Position numbers and translations under genes: made by a program. Of a DNA stretch of 64,000 nucleotides, positions 63,396 to 64,000 are shown in pieces. The stretch covers positions 477,731 to 541,730 of the forward strand of contig NMRA01000117.1 in the NCBI GenBank assembly GCA_002633005.1, written 5' to 3'. This DNA comes from Phoronis australis. Lineage: Eukaryota > Animalia > Phoronida. Under the pieces are notes generated by a model. That model made no database searches. It was not told the origin of the DNA and saw only the letters and a list, made by a program, of their open reading frames with translations. How positions within the stretch are numbered: position 1 is the stretch's first letter; the number at the start of each line of letters is the position of its first letter.

Positions 63396-64000
63396 ATGGA
63401 ACTCTTTATGATGTGAAATGCAAAATCACGCAAAGCCGCGCTGATTCATCGCTCCTTATTGGAATAGACCACCTCAAAAACTAGGCCTACATTATCGTGT
63501 GCTGTCGCTACAACTACAAGAGTATGTCTATAACGTGGAATTCTGAGTGTTCTGTAACTGTTATTCATTTTTTAGTTTCAATAAATATTCTTATGCCATT
63601 TCTTTGATACATTTGGCAGTTATTAAGCTTTACTTCTTGAGTTCCTCACCCAGTCCCGAAAATGTCTTAAGAAATATGTTACAGCTTATCACATCACATC
63701 TCTGTTGCTAAATTAGTCTTGACATAAAACCCATTGCTGTGTAGGCCTACGCTGATGTCAAACTTTGATACTGTATCTTTGTATTTTACCGGGATGTATC
63801 GAGTTGACATTTGGGCTCGTGAGTTAAAAAACAATACTAGTGTGCATGCATTCAGAGTTCACCAGTGGCAGTGAACGGCACGAGACGTCTACTTAAAAGT
63901 CGGCAAACAAAATCTGGAATTCCATTTGGGGATTGAGGAATTATAGATGACTAAGTTATGACGAGAAATGTACCTGACAGGGAAGCGAACTTTTTTAACT

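Overview
AT-rich eukaryotic DNA with GT-AG introns and many repeats, most likely from a bilaterian invertebrate. It is a draft assembly with single-N joins and one ~500-N gap. Four genes can be assembled by hand. (1) A 4-exon TATA-driven gene at ~1.0-7.1 kb (+), not recovered intact by the ORF track, encodes a 111-aa secreted prepropeptide with a signal peptide, an RVKR convertase site and a 4-Cys domain that I cannot name. (2) An SLC16/monocarboxylate-transporter-family MFS gene (+, coding exons 40669-42250 and 47643-47839). (3) LIPT1 lipoyltransferase (-, four coding exons, 58777-56207). (4) The first two coding exons of SNRNP40 (+, from 60934), head-to-head with LIPT1. The rest is mostly non-autonomous DNA transposons: four Helentron/HINE (DINE-1-like) copies whose internal repeats carry a near-consensus CTCF motif every ~150 bp, TTAA-flanked Kolobok-like elements (one built from two THAP-bearing left ends), CA..TG elements with 5-bp TSDs, palindromic MITEs and several minisatellites. 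All calls come from manual reading; no database search was possible.
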